A stretch of 64,000 nt of DNA from an uncultured Clostridia bacterium (GTDB taxonomy: Bacteria > Bacillota > Clostridia > Christensenellales > UBA3700). The translations under genes and the position numbers were made by a program. A model generated the notes under the pieces. It did not search any database and was not told the origin of the DNA. It saw only the letters and a program-made list of their open reading frames with translations. The stretch spans positions 10,071 to 74,070 of the forward strand of contig CAMFVQ010000012.1 of assembly GCA_945992255.1 (NCBI GenBank). The letters run 5' to 3'. This document shows positions 8,935-20,065 of the stretch, piece by piece. How positions within the stretch are numbered: the stretch's first letter is position 1; each line of letters starts with the position of its first letter.

Positions 8935-9816
8935 TTAATCCATCAAATCAATTTCATCAATAGGGATTTCGCCCTTGATTTTTTTGTTCAAGACGTGCAT
9001 ATAGTATGGGAATGCAAATGGTGAAAGCACACAACCTAGTGCAAGTCCGATAAGTCCCATAAAGAAACCAATAATAGCACCGAGTATTGCAAAGAGTACT
9101 TTGACAGCGATAAGGAAAATAAAACCATCTATGTCAAATGAGAAAATAACTCCCGGCCATCTCACGCTGCGTGTCAAGAACCAAAAGACAATTTCCTCTA
9201 CCCAGCTGTCGCCGATAACCATAACGGCAATGAACGAGAACAAACAATACGAAAATACAATCGTTCCACCAAACCATGCCGCATATAGTGCAGCGCTGTT
9301 GATTTCTTCATCGACTATACCTACCACGGTAAGAATAATAAGTGCCAAGGCTGCACCCAAAACACCCCAGAAAATTGCTTTGCCACGCTTGTCGCACATA
9401 TGGCCTACTTTGTCTTGCTCTTGCTTTTCCTCAGCTGCTTTTTTAGCCTTTGCTACTTTTATCAACTTATCTTTGCACTTAGAGCAAAGCATTTTTGGTG
9501 ATGACATACCAAAGTTGTCTTGCTTGATTATACAGCCACAATTGGCACAAAAACCCAATACTTCATCGGATTTTGCCTTTTCTGGGTATTTCTCTTTTTC
9601 TTCCGCAACCACAAATTCTTGTTCTTCATTGAGCAATTCATCAATTGATATATTGAATATGGTAGCAATTCTTTTGAGTGTCAGAATATCTGGCTCTGCC
9701 TGATTGCGTTCCCATTTGGAAATTGCTTGGGCAGTCATATTGAGTTTTTCGCCCAAGTCTGCCTGAGTCATATTGTGTTCTTTTCTAAGTTGTATGAGTT
9801 TTTCGCCTAATGTCAT
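8935..9816 (-). CDS. XRE-family HTH regulator with a zinc ribbon and a C-terminal membrane domain
   Basis: N-terminal HTH: LIQLRKEHNMTQADLGEKLNMTAQAISKWERNQAEPDILTLKRIATIFNISIDELL. A CANCG...CSKCK ribbon follows, then about 4 predicted TM helices. Confidence 0.75.
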   Translation of the reverse strand: MTLGEKLIQLRKEHNMTQADLGEKLNMTAQAISKWERNQAEPDILTLKRIATIFNISIDELLNEEQEFVVAEEKEKYPEKAKSDEVLGFCANCGCIIKQDNFGMSSPKMLCSKCKDKLIKVAKAKKAAEEKQEQDKVGHMCDKRGKAIFWGVLGAALALIILTVVGIVDEEINSAALYAAWFGGTIVFSYCLFSFIAVMVIGDSWVEEIVFWFLTRSVRWPGVIFSFDIDGFIFLIAVKVLFAILGAIIGFFMGLIGLALGCVLSPFAFPYYMHVLNKKIKGEIPIDEIDLMD

Positions 9817-9896
9817 AACTCCCTCCTACTAGGATTGTGCTTACATTATATCAACTTTTTCCCACTAACACAACCCCAACCCCCCCTTGTTTTGCT

Positions 9897-9930
9897 CAAC
9901 CAAAAGTTGATTTCACTCAACCGATAGTTG
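9897..9930. promoter_or_regulatory. Two CAAC-N5-GTTG palindromes; candidate operator of the adjacent XRE regulator
   Basis: CAACcaaaaGTTG (9897..9909) and CAACcgataGTTG (9918..9930) lie 21 bp apart centre to centre, 80-115 bp upstream of the regulator's start. Confidence 0.35.
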
Positions 9931-10349
9931 AGTTTTATATAAATATAGGGCTTTTATATTTTTTCGCCAACACTTAGGCATTTTCGGCACTTGCCCACTA
10001 AACCAATGGTTGAAAAATTTTGCCAACATTTTCTTCTTTTGTCACTTCTCCAGCACGGCTGTTGCTTGCCTTACTTTTCCGTATTACTTATTTTCTTTCA
10101 TTGCCCCACCTGCCAATCTTCCTCTACGCCATAGCCTTGCCAAAGAATATTATATTGCATATATACCTCGGCTTTACCTTCCAATGCTTATTGCAACTAT
10201 ATCCCCAGTCTTCGTCAAGCGGTTGTCCACCTATGACAAAGCTTTTAACCCTCTCGCTATTAATTTATCACTCTCTGTCAAGGCTTTTACCCAGTCCTTT
10301 TCAACCCAACTGCCAAACTCAAGCACAACTCTTTTAGTTTCTTTCCAAA

Positions 10350-10378
10350 CAAAAAAGCCGATATGTATCGGCTTTTCG
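10350..10378. terminator. Terminator hairpin built on the recurrent CGATATGTATCG core (element copy a)
   Basis: AAAAAAGCCGATATGTATCGGCTTTT. On the minus strand this is stem GCCGAT/ATCGGC followed by T6, 20 nt downstream of the 10398..10880 gene. Confidence 0.65.
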
Positions 10379-10397
10379 TTGTTTTTTGTTCGGTTTG

Positions 10398-10880
10398 TTA
10401 TTTTTGTTTTACGGTTTTGATTGTCATCAAGATTGGCACTGCAAGGAAAACTATTCCCATAATTGTACCCAAGATGAAGATGAGATATTGTAGCCCTGTT
10501 GTCTTGAATATATCCATAAACTCATTGCAAATATCGCTTACCATTGGCACGTTGATACCTTTCATTGCCCAAAAGCAACCCACGAATGTACCAAAGAGTG
10601 GCAAGGTCAAAATGGTGCTGTATGCACAATTAATGATTGCCAAAATGTTCTTAACTTTGCCCTCGAAAGTGGTAGCGAATTGTGCAAAAAGCATAATTCC
10701 AGGCGCCATTGTAACTACAATTACGACATATTTCAACAACAATCTGAGGTTGTCTAGATATGATAAAAATGGTACTTTGAATGCTTCGATTGTATACATC
10801 AGCGACAGCAATCCCCAAATATTGAGGATTACTGACACTGTTGCCATAATTACTTGCAAAGTGATTTTCTTTTTGTTCAT
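10398..10880 (-). CDS. Small integral membrane protein, function unknown
   Basis: 160 aa with about 4 hydrophobic helices. Its start is coupled to the lacZ stop (TAAAATG). Confidence 0.6.
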   Translation of the reverse strand: MNKKKITLQVIMATVSVILNIWGLLSLMYTIEAFKVPFLSYLDNLRLLLKYVVIVVTMAPGIMLFAQFATTFEGKVKNILAIINCAYSTILTLPLFGTFVGCFWAMKGINVPMVSDICNEFMDIFKTTGLQYLIFILGTIMGIVFLAVPILMTIKTVKQK

Positions 10881-10881
10881 T

Positions 10882-13980
<3,099 letters not shown>

Positions 13981-14224
13981 TTATTATATAAATACTCTAT
14001 TTATTATAATAACATAACAAAGCCTTGATTGCAAGACCAAAATTTATTATTCTGTCAATTAGCCGCCCCAAACGCCACAAACCGCCCTATTTAGCTAAAA
14101 TTTTTTCGCATTCTATCAATCCACAATCCACCATTTTGCCACAAAAACTATTTTTCCTATACAATCCAATTAGCCCAGCTAAATTATTCCCCTAACAACT
14201 CAACAAAACCCGTCCACTAAAAGC

Positions 14225-14253
14225 AAAAAAACCCACTATTTTACATAGTGAGC
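14225..14253 (-). terminator. Intrinsic terminator of trxB
   Basis: The minus strand reads CTCACTAT-GTAAA-ATAGTGGG followed by T7. Confidence 0.7.
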
Positions 14254-14257
14254 TTTT

Positions 14258-14281
14258 GCATTTTTGTTGATATGTATCGAG
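14258..14281 (+). repeat. Recurrent palindromic element, copy b
   Basis: TGCATTTTTGTTGATATGTATCGAG lies between the trxB stop codon and its terminator. Confidence 0.7.
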
Positions 14282-15181
14282 TTATCGACAATATTCTACT
14301 GCGGAAAGTGCTGCAATTGTGCCGTCCGCTACTGCTGTAGTAAGTTGTCTTACGCTCTTTGTTCGGCAGTCTCCTGCGACATATACTCCGGCGATGTTGG
14401 TCTTGCAATCTTCGCCTGCTTTGATATATCCTGCATCGTCCATATCCACCATTGGGCGGAAAATGCTTGTGTTAGGAATTTTGCCGATTGCAACAAAAAG
14501 TCCGCTTACTTTGAGCATGCGTGTGTTGTTTTCTTTGTCTTTTACGACCACGCCTTCGAGCTCATATTTACCTACCAACTCCTCGATAGTATAGCCCAGT
14601 ACCATTTCGACATTGGCTCTTTTTCTAAGTTGTTCGAGCTTGATTTCTTCGGCACGGAAGCCGTCACGCCTATGCACGAGATAGACTTTGTTGCATCTCT
14701 CGCTTAGGAAAAGTGCATCATCAATGGCAGTATTTCCACCGCCTGCAACTACCACATCTTCGCCTGCAAAGAATGCCCCGTCGCATACCGCACAATAGCT
14801 CACGCCTGAGCCTGCAAGTTCGAGTTCTCTGTCCACACCGATTTGTCTAGACTTGGCACCTGTGGCAATGATAACAGTCTTTGCAACATAGCTAGATTGG
14901 CTAGTTTTTACGACTTTTTCATCACCCTCTAGTGATACTTCTTTTACTTCTTCTGACTTGATTTCCACACCCAAAGCCTTAGCTTGAGCCTCCAAGTCTT
15001 GCGAAAATTTTAGTCCGCTCAGTTTGGCTATTGCTGGATAGTTCTCTATCTCTGGAGTATTGCGGATTTGTCCGCCCACAGCCAAACCTTCGAGTACAAC
15101 CGCCTTTTTGCCTGCTCTTTGGATATATATTGCGGCAGTAAGCCCTGCAGGACCGCCACCAATGATAATTGTATCGTACAT
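14282..15181 (-). CDS. trxB: Thioredoxin-disulfide reductase
   Basis: It has the IIIGGGPAGLTAAIY FAD motif, the redox-active CAVCDG, and a GGGNTA NADPH motif. Confidence 0.9.
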   Translation of the reverse strand: MYDTIIIGGGPAGLTAAIYIQRAGKKAVVLEGLAVGGQIRNTPEIENYPAIAKLSGLKFSQDLEAQAKALGVEIKSEEVKEVSLEGDEKVVKTSQSSYVAKTVIIATGAKSRQIGVDRELELAGSGVSYCAVCDGAFFAGEDVVVAGGGNTAIDDALFLSERCNKVYLVHRRDGFRAEEIKLEQLRKRANVEMVLGYTIEELVGKYELEGVVVKDKENNTRMLKVSGLFVAIGKIPNTSIFRPMVDMDDAGYIKAGEDCKTNIAGVYVAGDCRTKSVRQLTTAVADGTIAALSAVEYCR

Positions 15182-15253
15182 ATTGCTCCTTAGACAACAA
15201 AAGCAAGTAGATACTACTTACTTTTGTGACTTTTTGGTTAGATTTGGTTGTTC

Positions 15254-17626
15254 TTAGCCGAGAAGATATTCTCTTATTCTGCCAATTCCTGCGAATTTGC
15301 TTGCTTCGCCATCTTTTACAACTACGAGTGTAGGCACTGATTTGATACCATATTTGAGTGCGAGGTCAACATTTTCGTTGGCATCGATTGGCACATAACC
15401 TACGCCCTTGTCTGCAAGCTCTTGCTTAGCGATTGGGCAGTTTGGACAGGTAGCTGTGGTGAACAAGTACAATCCATCTTGCTCGTTGCCTTGTGGCATT
15501 TTCTCTTGCACTGTGCAAGCTACTTTGGCATCACAATGCTCGTGGAACTTTGAGTTGGCAATATCGTAAACTTTACGATTCTTGAACTCTGCGAGCTTGC
15601 CGTCGTTCCAGTTTTGGACTGGTCTATAATAACCTGTGATACGGCTATATACTTCTGCAGGTTTGCCACAGATTGGACACTTGAAGTGTTCACCGATGAT
15701 ATATCCGTGTTCTGCACAGATAGAATATGTTGGGCTGATTGTATAGTATGGAAGCTTGTAGTTCTCTGCAATCTTCTTTACAAGGTTGGCGGTTGATTGC
15801 CAATCAGGGAGCTTTTCGCCCAAGAATGCGTGGAATACGGTACCAGATGTGTACAAAGTTTGGAGTTCATCTTGCACGTCGAGAGCCTCGAAGATATCAG
15901 CAGTATATCCTACTGGCAAGTGTGAGCTGTTGGTGTAGTATGGTGTACCATTCTCCACATCGCTTGCAGTGATGATATCAGGGAAGTGCTTTTTGTCGTG
16001 TTTTGCAAGACGATAAGAAGTAGACTCAGCAGGGGTTGCTTCTAGGTTGTAGAGGTCGCCATATTTTTCTTGATAGTCAGATAGACGCTCTCTCATATGA
16101 TTGAGTACATCTTTTGCGAACTCTTGAGTTTCTACATGAGTCAAGTCTTTACGCAACCACTTAGCATTTAGACCAACTTCATTCATGCCAACAAGACCGA
16201 TTGTTGAGAAGTGGTTGGAGAAAGTGCCTAGGTATCTCTTGGTGTATGGGTACAAGCCCTCGTCCAAAAGTCTTGTGATGATATCTCTCTTGTTCTTCAA
16301 AGAACGAGCAGCAATATCCATCATTTTGTCGAGTCTTTCATAGAAGTCCTTTTCATCTTTTGCAAGGTAAGCAATACGTGGCAAGTTGATTGTTACAACG
16401 CCGACAGAACCTGTGCTTTCACCACTTCCAAAGAAACCGCCTGATTTTTTGCGAAGTTCTCTGAGGTCAAGTCTAAGTCTGCAGCACATACTTCTTACAT
16501 CGCTTGGCTCCATATCAGAGTTGATATAGTTGGAGAAGTATGGTGTACCATATTTGGCTGTCATCTCGAACAAAAGTCTGTTGTTTTCGCTGTCTGACCA
16601 GTCAAAGTCCTTGGTGATAGAATATGTTGGGATAGGATATTGGAAGCCTCTTCCGTTGGCATCGCCCTCGATCATAATCTCGATGAAAGCTTTGTTGACC
16701 ATAGCCATTTCTTTTTCACAATCTTTGTACTTGAAGTCAACTTCCTTACCGCCTACGATACAATTCTTTTCAGCAAGGTCAGCAGGAACTGTCCAGTCCA
16801 AAGTAATGTTGGTGAATGGAGCTTGTGTACCCCAACGGCTTGGAGTGTTTACGCCGTAGATGAATGATTGGATACATTGCTTAACTTCTTTGTAAGATAG
16901 ATTGTCAATCTTGACAAATGGTGCAAGATATGTATCAAAAGAAGAGAATGCTTGAGCGCCAGCCCATTCGTTTTGCATAATGCCAAGGAAGTTTACCATT
17001 TGGTTGCAAAGTGTGGATAGGTGGGTTGCTGGAGAAGATGTAATCTTACCTCTAATTCCGCCAAGGCCTTCTTCGATAAGTTGTTTGAGTGACCAACCAG
17101 CACAATAGCCAGTGAGCATTGACAAGTCGTGGATATGAATATCAGCATTGCGGTGAGCGTTGCCAATTTCTTCATCGTACACTTCACTTAACCAATAGTT
17201 GGCAGTGATTGCACCAGAGTTGGACAAAATCAAGCCACCTACAGAATAAGTCACTGTTGAGTTTTCCTTAACACGCCAGTCCTCTAGTTTTACATAGCTG
17301 TTTACTAGGTCCTTGTAGTCAAGGATAGTAGATTTCATATTACGGATTTTTTCTCTTTGTTTACGATAAAGAATGTATGCTCTTGCAACATCGGTATAAC
17401 CAGATTGTTCAAGCACGTTCTCTACGCTGTCTTGGATTGCTTCAACTGTAATTCTGCCATCAGCAACCTTTGGCTCAAAGTCTGCTGTAACTCTGAGAGC
17501 CAATGTCTCGATAATGGTAGGTACATATTGTCTGTTTTGAGCGATAAATGCTCTTTCGATTGCCTTGCTGATTTTAGCAAGTGAGAAGTCAACTACGTTG
17601 CCGTCTCTTTTTTCAACTTTGTACAT
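15254..17626 (-). CDS. nrdD: Anaerobic ribonucleoside-triphosphate reductase (class III) with a fused C-terminal thioredoxin-like domain
   Basis: N-terminal ATP-cone (MYKVEKRDGNVVDFSLAKISKAIERAF), zinc ribbon CPICG and glycyl-radical motif SRITGYY. These are followed by about 100 extra residues ending in a Trx-like fold with CPNC (LYLFTTATCPNCPIAKQEL...SVPTLVVVKDGE). Confidence 0.9.
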   Translation of the reverse strand: MYKVEKRDGNVVDFSLAKISKAIERAFIAQNRQYVPTIIETLALRVTADFEPKVADGRITVEAIQDSVENVLEQSGYTDVARAYILYRKQREKIRNMKSTILDYKDLVNSYVKLEDWRVKENSTVTYSVGGLILSNSGAITANYWLSEVYDEEIGNAHRNADIHIHDLSMLTGYCAGWSLKQLIEEGLGGIRGKITSSPATHLSTLCNQMVNFLGIMQNEWAGAQAFSSFDTYLAPFVKIDNLSYKEVKQCIQSFIYGVNTPSRWGTQAPFTNITLDWTVPADLAEKNCIVGGKEVDFKYKDCEKEMAMVNKAFIEIMIEGDANGRGFQYPIPTYSITKDFDWSDSENNRLLFEMTAKYGTPYFSNYINSDMEPSDVRSMCCRLRLDLRELRKKSGGFFGSGESTGSVGVVTINLPRIAYLAKDEKDFYERLDKMMDIAARSLKNKRDIITRLLDEGLYPYTKRYLGTFSNHFSTIGLVGMNEVGLNAKWLRKDLTHVETQEFAKDVLNHMRERLSDYQEKYGDLYNLEATPAESTSYRLAKHDKKHFPDIITASDVENGTPYYTNSSHLPVGYTADIFEALDVQDELQTLYTSGTVFHAFLGEKLPDWQSTANLVKKIAENYKLPYYTISPTYSICAEHGYIIGEHFKCPICGKPAEVYSRITGYYRPVQNWNDGKLAEFKNRKVYDIANSKFHEHCDAKVACTVQEKMPQGNEQDGLYLFTTATCPNCPIAKQELADKGVGYVPIDANENVDLALKYGIKSVPTLVVVKDGEASKFAGIGRIREYLLG

Positions 17627-17670
17627 ATTCTACACCCCTTTTTGATTGATTAGTTATTTTGTGCTTTTTC

Positions 17671-17724
17671 ATTATATAACAACATATTGGGATTGTCAAC
17701 ACTCAATATCACAATATATTGTGT
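17671..17724 (-). promoter_or_regulatory. nrdD promoter (TTGACA-17-TATAAT) with two NrdR boxes
   Basis: On the minus strand the -35 is TTGACA (17699..17694) and the -10 is TATAAT (17676..17671). Box 1 is ACACAATATATTGTGA (17724..17709). Box 2 is TCCCAATATGTTGTTA (17692..17677), inside the spacer, about 32 bp from box 1. Confidence 0.75.
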
Positions 17725-17834
17725 TTTTTCAAATTTTACATACAGCCACCACGAGAGTGCATATTTGTGCCAAAATCTCTACTTTGAGGTCATTTATAAC
17801 CCCTAAAAATGCCACTGCCTGCATATATAATAAG

Positions 17835-18090
17835 ATCCTTGAAAAAGACTGTCCATTAGACAGGCCAATAGGAGCTGGCTTGTTGGAGCTGAAAGCGGAA
17901 ACTAGACTGAGGGCTTGTCAAAAGCTAACTCCTTGCAACAACTCTTATCCCCTCAGTTTTGCTTCCGTTAGCACTAACGCAAAATAACTCCCCTTACCAT
18001 AAGTGGCGCTCTTCTCTATTGATAATAACTATCCTTGTAAAAGACTTCATCTTGCAACAAGGGACGCTCTTTTATATTGTAAAAATTAAA
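17835..18090. other. Structured gene-less block between two terminators; candidate ncRNA, orientation unresolved
   Basis: Nested stems are present: CGGAA/TTCCG around CTGAGGG/CCCTCAG, CGTTAG/CTAACG, and CCTTGT/ACAAGG. There is no credible ORF. The block lies upstream of the nrdD promoter, so it is not part of the nrdD leader. Confidence 0.3.
17841..17863 (-). terminator. Short terminator-like hairpin upstream of the nrdD promoter
   Basis: The minus strand reads CTGTC-TAATG-GACAG followed by TCTTTTT. Confidence 0.45.
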
Positions 18091-18118
18091 AGACCCCAAT
18101 CACTTGGAGTCTTTTGTT
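18085..18118. terminator. Terminator of the NSS transporter gene (bidirectional shape)
   Basis: AAAGACCCCA (18088..18097) and TGGAGTCTTT (18105..18114) form the stem, with one mismatch. T/A runs lie on both sides. Confidence 0.65.
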
Positions 18119-18133
18119 TATCAATATCGTTGA

Positions 18134-19672
18134 TTATTCTTCATCAGCACTTGGAGTGGCAACTTCTTCATTTTCTGCCACGTCGCAAGCGCCTTCTGCA
18201 TTTCCGCCGTTGTACAATCGAGCCATATTGCCGCCGTTTTTCTTCTTGACAGCGAGTATGATAACATTAGTCATTGAGAGCACCAGCATTACAACCACTG
18301 CCGTCAAAATCATACGCCAGTCATTGACAAAGCCGAACCCTCCCTCGAACTTGAATATACCGAAGAACAAGATCACGCCTACCAAAATTGGCGTCACGTA
18401 TTTTGCAAAGAACAACCACACTTTTTCGAGTTTGAAGTCGGAGAACTCTTCGTCGATTTCCTTTCTGTTGATGAGCCAGCCTACCAATACACAAGCGATG
18501 ATAGTACCGCATGGCATCATATATTGAGAGATGATTGTGTCGAAGAAAGTGAGTAGCTCAATTCCGTTGACTTGAAGTCCCTTGACAGCACCTTGGGATA
18601 GTGAAACAAGCGAACCAATCACGAAGATAATTGCGGTGAAAATAACCACAGCTATTGGGCGTTTGATTTTGGTCTTTTCGATAGTTGTTTGGAGCGATAC
18701 TTCTACCATTGAGATGATTGAAGTGATAGCCGCCACGAACACCAAGAAAAAGAACAAGAATCCGAAAAATCTTCCTGCTGGCATTGATGCAAAAATCTCT
18801 GGCAAGACGATGAAGAAAAGTCCAGGACCTTCTGCAGGAGTTTTGCCGAATGCGAATACTGCAGGGAAAATCATCAAGCCTGCCACAAGTGCTACGATTG
18901 TGTCGAGCATAATTACCATAGCCGCACTCTTGGCAAGTCCCTTGTGATTTTTGGAATAGCTACCATATACGCACATTGTGCCACAGCCGAGCGACAAACT
19001 GAAAAAGGCTTGTCCCATTGCTGCCAAAATCGACTTGGATTCCATTTTGCTAAAATCAGGTTTGAGATAGAACTTGATGCCATCTAGCACGCCTTGTTTG
19101 TTGCTAAGAGTGAGTGATCTCACCATCAGCACGAGCATAAGCACAAGAAGTAGTGGCATAAGCACTTTGCTAATTCTTTCGATACCCTTTTGGACGCCGA
19201 ACACCAAGATAAGCATAGATAGTCCAAAGAAGATACCCATAAACAAGATTGGTGTGCCACCTGATTGCGAAAATTGGGTAAAATATCCTGCATAGTCATT
19301 GCCACCCAACGCAAGGTCTGAGCCAACAAGATAGCTCCACATATACTTAGTTACCCAACCGCCAAGCACGATATAATAGCTGGCGACGATGGTGGTAGAT
19401 ATTACGCCAAGCACACCTACCCAAGTAAAGCCCTTGTTGACACTAGCATAAGAGTCGATGATATTTTTACCACTTCTTTTACCGATGTACATTTCGCTGA
19501 CCATTCCGACAAAGCCGATAATGACTGCCATAAGCACATAAACCAGCACGAAAGCCGCACCGCCGTTCATACCTGCCTTGAATGGGAATGCCCACAAGTT
19601 GCCAAGTCCTACCGCACTGCCGGCAGCAGCAAAGATAAATCCAATTCTACTTTTGAAACCTTTTTCTTCCAT
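18134..19672 (-). CDS. Sodium-dependent transporter, neurotransmitter:sodium symporter (NSS/SNF) family
   Basis: It has the N-terminal signature SRIGFIFAAAGSAVGLGNLWAFPF and about 11-12 TM helices. Confidence 0.85.
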   Translation of the reverse strand: MEEKGFKSRIGFIFAAAGSAVGLGNLWAFPFKAGMNGGAAFVLVYVLMAVIIGFVGMVSEMYIGKRSGKNIIDSYASVNKGFTWVGVLGVISTTIVASYYIVLGGWVTKYMWSYLVGSDLALGGNDYAGYFTQFSQSGGTPILFMGIFFGLSMLILVFGVQKGIERISKVLMPLLLVLMLVLMVRSLTLSNKQGVLDGIKFYLKPDFSKMESKSILAAMGQAFFSLSLGCGTMCVYGSYSKNHKGLAKSAAMVIMLDTIVALVAGLMIFPAVFAFGKTPAEGPGLFFIVLPEIFASMPAGRFFGFLFFFLVFVAAITSIISMVEVSLQTTIEKTKIKRPIAVVIFTAIIFVIGSLVSLSQGAVKGLQVNGIELLTFFDTIISQYMMPCGTIIACVLVGWLINRKEIDEEFSDFKLEKVWLFFAKYVTPILVGVILFFGIFKFEGGFGFVNDWRMILTAVVVMLVLSMTNVIILAVKKKNGGNMARLYNGGNAEGACDVAENEEVATPSADEE

Positions 19673-19750
19673 TTTCCCTAACCTTTAAGTTGAAAATATA
19701 GTACAAGTGTAGCATATCCCACCCAATCAAAGCAACCAAAAGCAGTATAA

Positions 19751-19789
19751 TGTTATAATAATTATAACAGCATAGCATTTTCGTATGAA
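19751..19789 (-). promoter_or_regulatory. NSS-gene promoter overlapped by a 19-bp perfect palindrome (Fur-family 7-1-7 shape)
   Basis: On the minus strand: TTCATA (19789..19784), 17 nt, then TGtTATAAT (-10 at 19766..19761). The palindrome TGTTATAAT-A-ATTATAACA spans 19751..19769, and its core TTATAATAATTATAA spans 19753..19767. Confidence 0.5.
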
Positions 19790-19831
19790 TAATGTTGTTT
19801 TGAACAACTCATCTACATCTAAATAAAACCG

Positions 19832-19858
19832 AATAAAAGACTGCCCCTTAGTAAGGGG
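19832..19858 (-). terminator. Short terminator-like hairpin upstream of the NSS promoter
   Basis: The minus strand reads CCCCT-TACTA-AGGGG followed by CAGTCTTTTATT. This is the same shape and the same CAGTCTTTT tail as the hairpin at 17841..17863. Confidence 0.4.
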
Positions 19859-19926
19859 AAGTGGTTTGCAACAACGCAAGTGGGAGCAAGTCGATAGGGA
19901 TTAATAAGCCAACTTGCAAATTTTAG

Positions 19927-19960
19927 ATATAAAAGAATGCGCCCGCATAGGCACATTCTT
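19927..19960 (-). terminator. Intrinsic terminator of the polysaccharide (rfb) operon
   Basis: The minus strand reads AAGAATGTGCC-TATGCG-GGCGCATTCTT followed by TTAT. Confidence 0.65.
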
Positions 19961-19990
19961 CAAAAAGTCGATACGTATTGAGTTTTTTGC
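19961..19990 (-). repeat. Recurrent palindromic element, copy c (the only minus-orientation copy)
   Basis: The minus strand reads GCAAAAAACTCAATACGTATCGACTTTTTG. It lies between the rfbA stop and the terminator. Confidence 0.6.
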
Positions 19991-20065
19991 TATTTTATAT
20001 TACATTTTTACATTCAAATTGCTCAAAATTTATTTAACTATTTTTTTAGCATTATTTCCCTACAA

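Noticed and set aside
9880-9886. A C7 homopolymer upstream of the XRE regulator, as a slipped-strand switch.
   Set aside because: It is too short to argue for phase variation without population data. It is mentioned only in the context of the operator finding.
17835-18090. Possible cobalamin, T-box, lysine or glycine riboswitch, or a 6S/SRP RNA, upstream of nrdD.
   Set aside because: Key conserved boxes are absent on either strand: the B12 box and AGGGAA, the T-box GGTGGTACCGCG, the lysine AGAGGTGC...GGCTGTCA, and the glycine CTCTGGAGAG...ACCGAAGG. The block also lies upstream of the nrdD promoter. It is kept only as an unclassified structured region.
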